Below are positions 12,391 through 24,995 of a DNA stretch of 64,000 nucleotides, piece after piece; the stretch's first letter is position 1, and each line of letters starts with the position of its first letter. Both the position numbers and the translations under genes were made by a program. The stretch comes from Neoconidiobolus thromboides FSU 785 (lineage: Eukaryota > Fungi > Entomophthoromycota). The notes below the pieces were generated by a model, which was given only the letters and a program-made list of their open reading frames with translations, ran no database searches and was not told the DNA's origin. The stretch covers positions 1-64,000 of the forward strand of contig MU626293.1 of the NCBI GenBank assembly GCA_025603075.1, read 5' to 3'.

Positions 12391-14280
12391 ATGTTAAATA
12401 TATTATCTTTTGTCGACCCATGGGAGTCCTTCCCATTACTGTTTGGAGGGTTTATTGTTATCTTTTCTTTATTTTCTATGGTCATTAAAGAATGGTTATT
12501 TTTATCCGAAGCTTGTAAGTGAATTCTATAAACATCACTTTTTGTTAAATCTCAATTGTCAATTAGCCAGAAACTAATGTCTTTTATTTCAAATATAGTG
12601 GTTGCAACTCTATTTGGTATATTGATAGGTCCAGAAGGATTTGGCTTTGTAAATCCATTAGGTTGGGATAACATTGATAAAGTAACTTTAGAATTTGCTC
12701 GAGTTTGTATAGCTTTACAAGTATTTGCAGCTGGTGTCAATTTACCCAAAGCTTATTTAGTAAAAGAATGGAAATCGTTATTAGTTTTATTATTACCCGT
12801 TATGGGAGTTATGTGGGCTGTGACTGCTTTCGCTATCAAATTCTTACTTAATATAAATATTGTAAGAGTTTTTTTTTAATTTTTTTATAACTTTATATTA
12901 ACGTATATCTAGCTTGAAGCTCTTTTAATTGCTGCTTGTGTTACTCCAACTGATCCTGTATTAGCTAACTCCATTGTACGTGGTAGATTTGCTGAGAGCC
13001 ACGTACCATTACATGTACGTAATATTATCTCTGCCGAATCAGGCGCTAATGATGGACTTGGCTTCCCTTATTTATATTTCCCATTACTGATTTTACGCAG
13101 TGCTAACTTTGGCTCGGCTATGATGGAATGGTCCATAAGTATTTGGTTATATCAAATTGTACTATCAACCATAATTGGTGCAGTAATTGGTTATGCTGCT
13201 CTAAAAATATTATATTATTGTCAATCACGTGAATTAATTGATAAAGAATCCTTTTTGGTATTTGGATTTGCATTATCTTTATTTATTATGGGTTGTGTAG
13301 GTATTATTAAATCTGATGATTTATTAGCTTGTTTTATTGCAGGCAATGCTTTTACTTGGGATGATTGGTTCAGAATTGAAATTGAGAATACACATATGCA
13401 AGAAGTAGTGGATTTATTTTTTAACTTGTCCATCTTTATCTTTTTTGGAACTATTGTACCATGGGCAGCCTTTGGTACTATTGGAGTATATAAATTAATA
13501 GGAATTGCTGTTATTGTATTATTATTCCGTAGAGTACCAATTGTATTAGCCTTAAAACCATTTACACCTTCACTTAAAAACTATTCAGAAGCTTTTTTTG
13601 CTGGTTGGTTTGGGCCAATTGGTGTAGGCGCCATCTTTTATTCAATGGTAGCAAGAGAAGAGTTACATTTAATGGGTGAAAAATTTGCTTACATAAAAGA
13701 TATAGTATTTCCTGTATCTGCCTTTTTAATCTTATCAAGTGTAATAGTACATGGTATGACTGTACCATTATTTAAATTAAGCTCTTCTATTGATACCCGT
13801 ACCATTACTAATTTAGCATCAATTACTAATTTAGTCAACAGATTACCTATTATTAAACCAGGACAAACTGTTGTTATTGAAAGGAATGATGATTTAACGA
13901 CCGAAATCACTGTATCTCAAGTCAATACACCACAACATACCGTTGGTCATCATGAATATCCATTTGCAAGTAACAAAGTAGTTGATACATCTTATTCAAA
14001 CTATGCTTCAGTACAGGATCTCTTTGTAGAGGACTTACCCAGTAATTCTTTAAAACCTAATAGACCAATGTCAGTATCTTTGACATTAACACCCGATGGT
14101 AAGGTCATTGATAGACATGAAGATTATTTTGTTGATAGAGCGGCTGAAATTGCTAATAATTCAAGACCGAGATCTCGTATCTTAAATCGACCCAGTTCTC
14201 AATTAACTCATACTGATGATGAATTAAGAGAAGAACAACCTCTAAATTCCTCAAACAATCATAGCTATGGGGCTGCTTAA
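12391..14280 (+). CDS. NHA1: Plasma-membrane Na+(K+)/H+ antiporter, CPA1/Nha1 family
   Basis: Spliced model: VIKEWLFLSEA, VTPTDPVLANSIVRGRFAESHVP, SAESGANDGLGFPY, DDLLACFIAGN, FAGWFGPIGVGAIFY; hydrophilic C-terminal tail. Confidence 0.92.
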
Positions 14281-15511
14281 TTTACTTTTTTATTAAATTA
14301 TCTTTACATGCTTATAGATATTGGCTTTAACTTCTTAGACTATTTTAAGTCTATGATTTTATTTCTAATTTTAATACTTTATCAGTTTTATCAATTTCAT
14401 ATTGTATAAATCAACATGGGAATTTTGATGCCATTTTTTTTAAAACTCTTGAAGGGATTAAGATCCCTTAAGTGGTTTGTTAATAAAATCACTAAATAAA
14501 AAAAATCAAAATGCTAATGAAGATAAGAAGGATCATTCTAAAAAGGACCTCTTGCAGCTATCTTTACTAGCAAGTTTAGTAAGAAGGAATTGGAATCCTT
14601 TATGCCAAGGAATTTCCCACTTGATGAATTGTGGTAAAATGATAGGGCGCGAAGGACTGTCTGTGCTTAAACAATAGTTTGAAATAAGTCCTATATATGG
14701 CTCAATGAATAAAGAACCAAGAAGCAACTACAAGAAAGGACCAAAAGAGAAGAGGAAATTGCAGATACCTTAATTATAAAAGTATAAGTAAGGTAATGGA
14801 ACCATAAGATCACTAGAGCAATACAGATAAAAAACTATACTTCAAGCTGTCTTCAATACTATTATAAAATAAGTAATTAAGAGTTGCTTCAAATTTGAAG
14901 GCGTGAATCTTTAATGTAGTGAAGAAAGCGTTGTTAGCAAGACGCTATAGTAAAGAATAAAACTTCCTTTTAAAAAAACTTATAACTTAGTTGTATAAAA
15001 TAAAATAATCGTTGATCCTTTATAACAATAAACTTTAAAACTTAAACTATTCATGAAATATAAATAAAAGGTTAAATAAAGATTAATGTCTGACATTATA
15101 AAAGCCATTTTATTATTAATATTACTTTAATTGAACTAAATTTTGTTGAAATTGTTAAATTGTAAATGTTTTTTAAATACTTTAAAATCGAACATTATTT
15201 GAAAAATATCTAAGCAATTTTAATATGAAATTTTGGTTACTTTTAAGATAATTTTAGGTTAATTTAGCCCAAGTTATTATTCAGAAAAACAGTTAAGAAT
15301 ATTTTCAATGAATTTGAAAGCATTTCAGAGTCTATTTCTTACAATATAGGAACAGTACAATACTGGACTTGTTGTTTTATAGTAGATCACAACACCAAAG
15401 TAGTAATTATCATATGTTGGTTATGAATTTTCACATATTTACTAATACTTTTGAACACCTTCAATAAAACTATAATGCGCCTTAATATATAGTTTAAAAT
15501 AAAATCTATAT

Positions 15512-15616
15512 ATATGGGGATGTATTTTTGTATTTGAGAATTTTACTAACAATTCTTCTACCCAAATAACGCTTAAAGATGGAAAAAATAATGAAGCCAA
15601 AAAAAACATCCCCATA
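15512..15616 (+). mobile_element. MITE-like copy 3 (best-preserved TIRs)
   Basis: ATATGGGGATGTATTTTT ... AAAAAAACATCCCCATAT, embedded in a TATATA context. Confidence 0.92.
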
Positions 15617-15785
15617 TATTAAATGAAATTTATATTTGCCATTACCCAAATCATTATAAGAAAAATAGAAGAACGTTCAAGCAAGTTCAATATAGAATTC
15701 ATCAATTAAAATCTTCCCCAATGACTTTTTTAATCATACTATTTTTACTTGGATTTTAGTTAAATTTCCTATCACCTAATCAATC

Positions 15786-15892
15786 ATATGGGGGAATGTT
15801 TTTTTGGTTTCATTGCTTTTTCCACTTTTCAAGCACTATTTGAGCGGAAAAATTGTTAATAAAATCCTTAAACACAAAAATACATCCCCATA
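15786..15892 (-). mobile_element. MITE-like copy 4
   Basis: Reverse consensus ATATGGGGGAATGTTTTTTTGG...AAAAATACATCCCCATA. Confidence 0.9.
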
Positions 15893-16030
15893 GCATTATA
15901 ATATTTTGAAAATTTTGAATTTAACTTGATTAATACTTTGAATTATATTCTAAACAAGAAACAAGGATTATGAATGAAACTAATATAAAAGAAATTGAGC
16001 TTCTGAAATTTTTATTAAACTTTAACAACG

Positions 16031-17628
16031 ATGTCTGAGAAATGAGCCATATCAGTGCTGAGCTCGCTGAAAGAGAATTATAACTATTGAAACAAGAGCG
16101 TATTATCAATGCCGAATTAGATGCTAAGCTCTTAGCCAATCATGGTAAATTTCCAAAAGCTGTCTATTTCATCGTACCAAATGAGTTATGTGAACGTTTC
16201 TGTTATTATGGTATCAAAAATTTATCAAACAAATATTTACAAAGTGTCTATGGTTATGAACCTTCTTATGCTAAAGCTCAAGCCTCCATTACTCAATGCT
16301 TTGGTATATATTTTCCCTCTTGTTGGTGCTGCTATTTCTGATTCTTTCTTAGGAAAACATCATACTATTGTTTATATGTCCTTGCTTTATTTAGCAAGAA
16401 ATCTATTAATGAACTTGTTGGTAAACATGGTGCATTACCATATTGGTCCTATATTGTACCTGCTATATTTATGGCTATTGGTTCAGGTGGTATCAAACCA
16501 TGTGTATCTTCTCATGGTGGTGATCAATTTTTACCAACTCAAACAGTTCTACTCGATAAATTCTTTGGTCTTTTCTACGTTGCTATTAATGTTGGTGCTT
16601 TAGTTGCTCAATATCTTACACCTTACTTGAAACAATATGTTGAGTGCTTTGGTTCAAAGTGTTATTTCCTTGCATTTGGTATCCCAACCATTGCTTTTGC
16701 TATTGCCTTAGCATTATTTATTTTTGGTTTCCGTTATTATCGTGTTGTTCCACCAACAGGTAGATTCATGCCTTGGGTTGCCCTCAAAACTGCAGTAACT
16801 GCAGGAAGACGTTATTCCGCTGCATCTGTTGAAGAAAGAAGAGCTAAAGGTCATTGGTTAAATTTCTCAGCCGATCTTTATGGTGCTGAAATGGTCGAAG
16901 AAACTAGATTATTTGGAAAAGTAGCTGCTATGCTTTTACCTATCTCTTTCTTCTGGCTATTATACGATCAAAACAGTTCTGAATGGCAAAACAACTATGA
17001 TATGATGGACCATAACTTCTTAGGATTCATTCCATTACCAACTGAAGCTTCTTCAAATGTCAACTCCATCTTAATTATTCTCTTTGTACCTTTCTTATCC
17101 TTCTTTGTCTATCCATTCTTAGAGAAGAGAGGAATTAGAACGCCACTTTTAACTCGTATGATTTGGGGTTGGTTTATCATGATCCTTACCTATGTACTAT
17201 CTACATGTCTTCAATATTATGTCGAAGCTAATGCTGGACTCAAAGATATTCAAGATGGTGAGTGGAAGCCATGTAAACAATGTGTAAATGGTACCATCCA
17301 ACTTCCTCAATACATTCTTTTATCATTAGATGAAGCTATGATGTCACCAATTGGTCTTCAATTCGCTTATACACAAGTAGGTAGACAAATGAAGTCTTCT
17401 TCATCTTCTATTTTCTTACTTACTTCAGCTATTGGTAATTATTTTGTACTTGGTCTTGAAATTGGTATGGGAGAGATGAAAGGTACCAATAAGATGTGGG
17501 TTTACATTGCCATCTCTACTTTCTTCTTTGCTATTTTTGTAGTCATGGCTAAATTCTGGTATGTATCAAAAGAAGAAGAAGAAGCTGCTAGAGAAGCTCA
17601 AGAAGGGAATCAAGTTTTAAAGAACTAA
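16031..17628 (+). pseudogene. PTR2: PTR2 paralog (copy 2), pseudogenised at the 5' end
   Basis: Relative to copy 1: ATG at 16031, a 1-bp deletion near 16043, an in-frame TAA at 16081-83, a 1-bp insertion near 16289, and a 19-bp deletion near 16410 between TTAATG direct repeats. The 3' part is nearly identical to copy 1. Confidence 0.88.
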
Positions 17629-17850
17629 AAATTTAACCTTTCATCAATTTCATTTTAAATCCATCTTGTTTTGATATCAGAGATAATTCTTTTTAATAAT
17701 AAAAATTATGTTTGTAAATATTGGTTTTTATCGAACTTTGTATCATTCAATCAAATGGACTACAATCCTACTATACCGAAAATACTAAACACTGCTTTTT
17801 CCTTACATTTATGATAGTAAACTTCTGGTTTAAATTTTAAAAGTTTAATA

Positions 17851-17956
17851 AACGGGGATGTTTTTTTTGGTTTCATTGCTTTTTCCATTTTTTAAGTGTT
17901 ACTTAAGCAGAACGATTGTTAGTAAAATTCTTAAACAGAAAAATACATCCTCATAT
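17851..17956 (-). mobile_element. MITE-like copy 5
   Basis: GGGGATGTTTTTTTTGGTTTCATTGCTTTTTCCATTTTTTAAG...AAAAATACATCCTCATAT. Confidence 0.88.
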
Positions 17957-19938
17957 ATTGTCATATTAAAAATTAGATAATGTAGATTTGAAAATATAAC
18001 CCAGTATGTGATATGAACTATTTGACCAATGACTAACAGTTATTGAGAAAATTATTAGCGTTTGGGCAAATGATTCGTGTCCTCACTTCTAATCCACAAA
18101 TTCAAATATACAGTAATACTAGTTTTAAATAAAATATTTTTATTTTTATTTTTATTTCTACTAGTTTTACTAGTTTTACTTGACAAATTTAAATGCAGTA
18201 CTTTAATTATTATACAAACTTCTAATAACTTAAAATGGTAAAAAATTAAAGTTTAGATGTAAACTAATATGCATAAAAATATAGATACTTTCAATATAAT
18301 TAATTTTATTAAAGTATCTTAGGTTTTTAGAAATAATAAGAATTTAAAAATCAATTATTAGAAAAGTCATCAATTACTGTTATATTTGAAAACTCATAAT
18401 TAAAATTCTTTTAAAAAGAAGTTAACTGTTTTAATATGCCTCCTTTTTTTTAGCTAACTAGATAAAGTTAAATAATGAAAATAGTTTTCATTAAACTTAT
18501 TTTAATTAAGTACTAAAAATAAATAAACAACAATTTTATAAATGATAAAAATAAATAAAGAAAAACATGCTATTATTTTAAATATAATTTAAACAAAATT
18601 TCATACTTTTTAAATAATTTATTTTAGAACTCAAATATTTCTAAATATATTATTGCTATTTTTTAAATAACTGAAGTTTCCATATTAGAGTGAAGAGTAT
18701 TGATTGACGATTATATTTTAGCCATTTCAAGTAATCGATTAAATCAAATCAAATTATCATATTAAGTCATTTTGCCCTAAACAAAGTTAATATTCTATTG
18801 TATTATTCTATTGTATTATTTTTTATTCAAATATAATATTTTATAAATAGAATAGAATATTTTTTGGTCTATTAAAAAAATATTTTAAAATAAAATTTGT
18901 AACATTGAGTTTGTTATTCAAATTAAATACTTTCATTAGCCATTTATAGACCTACAAAATCATTTATCATAAATTAATTATGAATAATCGAAAAAACGCT
19001 CCTTTATTTTTAATTATAAAAACAATTTGTGTATAATAAGATAGATAAAAAGAGATAAAGTAGCGTGTAAAGTTATTATTAAAAACTAATAAGTTTAATG
19101 TAAAATAAAAAAAATCCACTGAGTCTAAGACAATAAAAGATAAAATACTATATCTATTAGGTTCTAAACATTTCAACTGATCATTTTGTTATTTATTGTT
19201 TCCCCAAAATAGCAAGTGTAATTAATTCAAGAGAAGCTAAATAATGAAATGTTCCTAATTAAAAATTAATTGTTATAATTGTTATGTTAGCCAATATAGT
19301 TTAAATATCGATAAATTTAAACTACAATATACCTGATAAACAAATACTAACTATAATATTATAAATTTGAGTTTATAATATAATATTATTCTAGTTTTAA
19401 TACAAATATAAATTTTGGGTTACTAAATGCAGTTAGTTCTAGGGATTTAATAGGGAGAACTTATTTTATTTTCTCTAAAGTCCAATGAGATAATAATGTC
19501 ATCTATTTTTTTGAATCAATTTGTTTAAAAACCTGTTCCAAACTTCCTTTGAGCCAATCAATAACAAGTTATATGGGCTATTATTTGACCGAAGGTCAAT
19601 CTCACCCTTGAGTTAACCAAATTCTTTTGTAGGATTTAAGTGGCTTGGATTTATTTAGAAGGGGGGTAAGGAGGAATAGCAGAAAATAAACTAATGAAAA
19701 ATAAAATTTAATGCTTGCTTTTTTTCTAATTTTTTTTAGAAGATCTTTAAATAATCTATAAGTCAATTCTTATTATTCTTTTTAAATAAGCAAAACTTTA
19801 TTTGTTATCAACTTCCTTTTTTTACTTGATTTCATCCTTTTCTTATTCCTTTATCCATTTCGATATCGTATTGATACTTCGCTGGTTCTAATATTAACTA
19901 ATTTCTGTTAAACTCTATTCTTTGTTTAATTTTAAAAC

Positions 19939-21209
19939 ATGGGTTGCACTTCAAGTAAAGTAGAAGATCCTAATGATCACATTAACGCTCAAATTGAACA
20001 ACAATTGAGAGAAGAAAAGTTACAACCTCAAGATATTAAGATATTATTGTTAGGTAAGTTATATTTTGAGTATTTTTATAAATAATATCTTATTCGTGTA
20101 TTCTTATTAAACTTTTTACTTAGGTGCTGGTGAATCTGGTAAGAGTACTATAGTAAAACAAATGAAACTTCTCCATGGAGGAGGTTTCTCTTCGGAAGAA
20201 TTTGAAAGATACAGAGAAGTTATTTTTTCCAATGTATACTCAAGCATGGAATCTATATTATATGGATTAAATCAACTCAACCTTTCATTTGATAATCCAA
20301 AGAATGAAGATAATGCTCGTCTTATAAAAAAGGCTAGTTACTTTGACTCTGATGCAATGTCAGAGGATAAGGTTAATGCTTTTAAAGCTTTATGGGCTGA
20401 CTCTGGTGTTCAAGAAGCCATGAAGCTCTCTAATCAATTCCAAGTGATTGATTCAGCTCCATAGTAAGCTTAAACTTTTGTGTTCAATTCAATCAACTCA
20501 CCTTTATTTAGTTACTTTGAGAATATAGATCGTATAGCACAAGCTAACTATGTTCCAACTGAACAAGATATTTTACGCAGTCGTATTAAAACTACTGGTA
20601 TCACTGAAACTACGTTTAAAATAGACGATGTTAACTTCCGTATGATGGATGTTGGTGGTCAACGTTCTGAACGTAAAAAATGGATTCATTGTTTTGAAGG
20701 TGTAACTGCAGTATTATACCTTATTGCTATTTCTGAATACGATCAGACTCTTATTGAAGATGAGACAGTGGTATGTTAATTGTTTTAAAGAATATGGTTC
20801 AAAAACTAAATTATTTTATAGAACCGTGTACATGAAGCTCTTTCTCTATTTGATTCTGTATGTAATTCCAAATGGTTCCAAAAAACGTCAGTCATTTTGT
20901 TCCTCAACAAAACTGATATTTTCCGTGAAAAAATTAGATCTTCACCAATCTCTAACTATTTCCCTGATTACTCTGGTAAGTTATTAGCTCTTTCAACATT
21001 TTGTTTATTAAATTTTTAAAGGTGGTGATGATTTTGACCAAGGAGCCAACTATTTCCGTCAACGTTTTGAGTCACTAAATAAACACAGTTCCAAACATGT
21101 TTATACCCATTTAACATGTGCTACTGATACCAATAATATTCGATTTGTAATGGCAGCAGTAAAAGATATTCTTATGCAAAGTAATTTACGTAACGTTGGA
21201 TTACTTTAA
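19939..21209 (+). CDS. Heterotrimeric G-protein alpha subunit, multi-exon
   Basis: MGC myristoylation/palmitoylation start, [44 protein letters not shown], and C-terminus NLRNVGLL*. Confidence 0.95.
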
Positions 21210-21552
21210 GCAAAACTATTTAATCCAATACTTTCTCCACTTTTTATATTAAAAAGCCGCGTAAGGACACTAATATCGATTTAATCCCTTTCTTTTAATA
21301 TAAGTTCTCATTTCGATTTCTTTTAATTTTTGAGACTTTTTATTTTTTTCAATTTGCTCCACCGTTGGGTTATCCTTGCTTAATAATTTTTCTTTGTCAT
21401 TATTGCCTCTTATCTTTTAATCAAATAAACCCAAACTCTTTATATATTACTAGTATTTTTTGTATTGTTATATTTACTTTAGAGTATTCAAAATTAGTAT
21501 TTATAAAATTATAAGAACTGTAATAGCGAAAGCAAACTATTATTCACCAAGG

Positions 21553-21658
21553 ATAGGAAGATGTTTTTTTAGTTTTATCACTTTTTCCACTTTTTAAGCG
21601 CTATTTGACAGGAAAGATTGTTAGTAAAATTCTTGAACAAAAAAACATATCCCCATGT
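21553..21658 (-). mobile_element. MITE-like copy 6
   Basis: Reverse consensus ATCACTTTTTCCACTTTTTAAGCGCTATTTGA...GATTGTTAGTAAAATTCTT...ATCCCCAT. Confidence 0.85.
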
Positions 21659-22979
21659 ACTCCTTTTCTATGGTATTTAGATACTTGTTTTTACACAATA
21701 CTCGAAATACAATATCGTAAAAAATAGAAACAAAATTAAATGAAGAATACCAATTGATTGGATCAAAGCAAAACAAGGAACAATTACTTTTAAAGGGAGA
21801 AAAAAAATAACGCTAAAAAACCAAGAATTTTTAATAAAAAAGTAAGAATAAAGAGCCATAATCTAATATTTAAAAAAAATTAGAATCCTCTTTTCTATTC
21901 ACCATCCCACTTGTATTTGGGTATATTACTCATATGTTAATAAAATATTGGGTGGAGCTTAAGTATTTTATGTCCTTAAAAAACCTTAAATATAACTTTC
22001 AAAAATAGCTTTTCGTTCCGCTAAATATAGTGATAGATTCGTCACTTTATGCTATTAGCATAAATTGTTTGGCATAATATTGAATTTAACCCGAGGTTTT
22101 TGTGATTTGAATTTATCATTACCAAACTCACTTTTAAAATTGATTCCATTCTATTTTCATGATTTCAATATGAATTAAAATTTAATATGAATATTATTTA
22201 TTAATTTATGACTAAAAATTATGTACTTTTTAAAAAATTAATAAAAGCTTCTATCCTTATATTCCATTTATTAGTTTAAATATTAGAGAATATTAGATAA
22301 TTTTATTAAAGCATAACGATGATCTTGAACATTGCATCTGTTTGCTAATTAAATTTATTAATATAGACAGGTAATTTCATACTGGGGTTTTTATGCAGGT
22401 TTAATAGGGTTAGCTATTCTAACACGGAACCATGAATATATTTTATTAGAATAAAATAGCCAAAATAAAATAAAAAGGTAATTATTAAAATTATATGTAA
22501 GCATCTTATTTCTATAAAATGAATTTACATGATTCCAGATCAAAATGACTACTTCCCACTAAAGCTTGTCTAAAAACTTTAGCATAAAGTTACTTAACTA
22601 TATAAATAACTGTTTGAGTTTGAATGTGTGCTAGTTAGTGATAACTTTTATAACCAGTAATTTGAATTTAATATACTGATTCAAAGCTTGATCCTTAATT
22701 TTTGTTCTGAAATAAACACTTAGCTATTATGCATTCAAATATCAACAGCTCCCAAGTTGTTGGTAGTAAGCAAACTATCGTAATAATTATCTACCCAAGA
22801 TCATAGAAGCAAAAAGACGGGCATATTTTCATGTCTCTCAAAAACCAAGATTAAATTTTTTTATTAATTTGTTTCTATTTTATTTGTATTTTGTTTAAAA
22901 TAAAAAATAAATTGCATAGAATCTAATGACAATAATCCTAATTTATGAACTTTGTTATAATTCCATTATTTGAAGTAAT

Positions 22980-23085
22980 ATATGGGGACGTACTTTTTTG
23001 TTAAGAATTTCGCTAATAAAGTTTCCACTCAAATAGTGCTCAAAAAGTGGGAAAAGCAATGAGACCAGAAAAAACATTCTCATAT
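22980..23085 (+). mobile_element. MITE-like copy 7
   Basis: ATATGGGGACGTACTTTTTTG...TTTCCACTCAAATAGTGCTCAAAAAGTGGGAAAAG...ACATTCTCATAT. Confidence 0.85.
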
Positions 23086-23374
23086 TGATTTTAATAAAAG
23101 ACATTTAAACTAAAAGTATAAAACTCGTTCTAAAAGTTCAAAATACTGTAAAAACCCTTTTATCATAAAAGAATTTTATTTGAATTTACTAAATACTACT
23201 TTTATATTAATATAAGATTTAAAAAATAATTTATAATATTAGCAATAAGTTAATAAATAACTAAAACAGTAAGTAATAATAGAAAAAACTTTGAATAAAA
23301 TAGGAACAATAATGAAATAAAAGGCTTTTATCTTAGTTCATTGTATATGTTAATATTATTTTTAAGATATGAGG

Positions 23375-23479
23375 ATATGGGGATGTTTTTTTAGCTTCAT
23401 TACTTTTTCCATCTTTTAAGCACTATCTGAACGGAAAAATTGTTAGTAAAATTCTTAAATACAAAAACACATCCCCACA
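23375..23479 (-). mobile_element. MITE-like copy 8
   Basis: ATATGGGGATGTTTTTTTAGC...AAATTGTTAGTAAAATTCTTAAATACAAAAACACATCCCCAC. Confidence 0.88.
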
Positions 23480-23886
23480 ATAGTTTATTTTATTTTATTA
23501 GCAATAATAATATCAATTTAAGGCTTTGATTTTGTAGTTAATTTTTAATGAAGTCTTCAAAATATCAAATAATTTTATATTAATAAAAATATATATTTAC
23601 TTAATATGCTTTAACTTAGGATAGTAATAATAAACATTAAAAATTGTACAAAATAACTATAATAATATATCTAATTTTATTTTTAATATTTAGTATTTTT
23701 ATTAAGATTTGTTTAACATAGTTTGACTCTAATCTAATAGATAGCATTTGATTCAACTTTTAATGGTATATATTAGTTTATCTAATACTAGGTGACATCA
23801 TTAAAAAAAATTCGAATAACCTCCCATATTAATAACAAATAAACTTATAAAAAAACAGTAATAATCCTCAAGTCAAAATTTATTCC

Positions 23887-24742
23887 TTATTTCAACTCCT
23901 CAATCTTCTTCACTGCCCAATCGACGGAAGGTTGAGGACCAACTTGGACCTTAGAATATAACTGTTTTCCACCTTTTTTTAGAACAAAACAAGATCTCAC
24001 TGCACCCTTTGTATCTCCTTTAAAAGCACCAAGAAATTTAATTAACTCACTTTTGGGATCACTTAACAATGGATAATTTAAGTTATATTTACTATGAAAT
24101 TTTAAGTTGGCACTCACAGGATCTTTACTTAATCCAAATACTTTAATATCATTATTGGTAAACTCAGTTAACTTTTCGTTAAAAAATTGAACTTGTTTAG
24201 TACCTAAGAAGGTAAAAGATTATTATTAGCTTTGACTATAAGCAAAAAAATAAACTTACATCCAGGTGTACTTGCTTTTGGATAAGTAAAAATAACAATG
24301 GTATTATCTTTTACTAAAGATTCTAAATTAACTTCTTCATTAGCTTGATTATGTAATACAATTTCTGGTAATGTAATTGATTTAAAGTCCTAAATATAAA
24401 TATAAAAAACTATTTTATAACCAGTTTCTTTTATCTTACTGTTTCCTTTATATTTTCTATTTCCTTTGTAACCCTTGTTTTATCTTTTACTTGTTCCAAT
24501 TTTTCTTCTATTTCCTTATCTTTAACCACTTTATCTTCTTTCTTTTCTTCTTCTTTTTCTTCTTGCCCTTTTATTTCCTGATCCTTTATTGGCTTCTTCT
24601 CACCTTCTTTATCTTCTTTTCCATCTCCTTTGACTTTCTTTTGTTTATTTTCATCCAAATTGGGTTTAGATCTTGTCTTTACTGCTACTGTAGCTTTAAT
24701 AGCTTCTCTTGCTTGTTGACTAGCTTTACGTTGACTAACCAT
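23887..24742 (-). CDS. DOT5: BCP/PrxQ (Dot5-like) peroxiredoxin with Lys/Glu-rich N-terminal extension, 3 exons
   Basis: Spliced product contains IVIFTYPKASTPG|CTKQ, VFGLSKD, NLNYPLLSDP and AVRSCFV; charged first exon 24742 to ~24440. Confidence 0.85.
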
Positions 24743-24847
24743 AAGAAGATTGAATAAGAATTATAAATTATTGAAAATAATCAAATAAAATTATATAAAG
24801 CGTAAATTTAAAATCTATGCTATTCCTTACAATTATAATTCTTGAAC

Positions 24848-24855
24848 TCAGCTGA
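24848..24855. promoter_or_regulatory. TCAGCTGA palindrome in the peroxiredoxin/MATE divergent promoter
   Basis: Same 8-mer as found upstream of the PTR2 genes. Confidence 0.3.
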
Positions 24856-24995
24856 TTTGGATAATAATTAATGATAAGCCCGGGTGACTATAAATTAAAC
24901 TCTAAGAAATAAACACAAATAGTTTATCTCTCTTCTTTTTTTTAAAAAAAAGTTTAATTGATTGCAAATTTATTATTTTTGTTTTTAAAAAGAAG

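Noticed and set aside
24491-24757. 88-aa Phe-rich plus-strand ORF
   Set aside because: It is the antisense of the K/E-rich peroxiredoxin exon.
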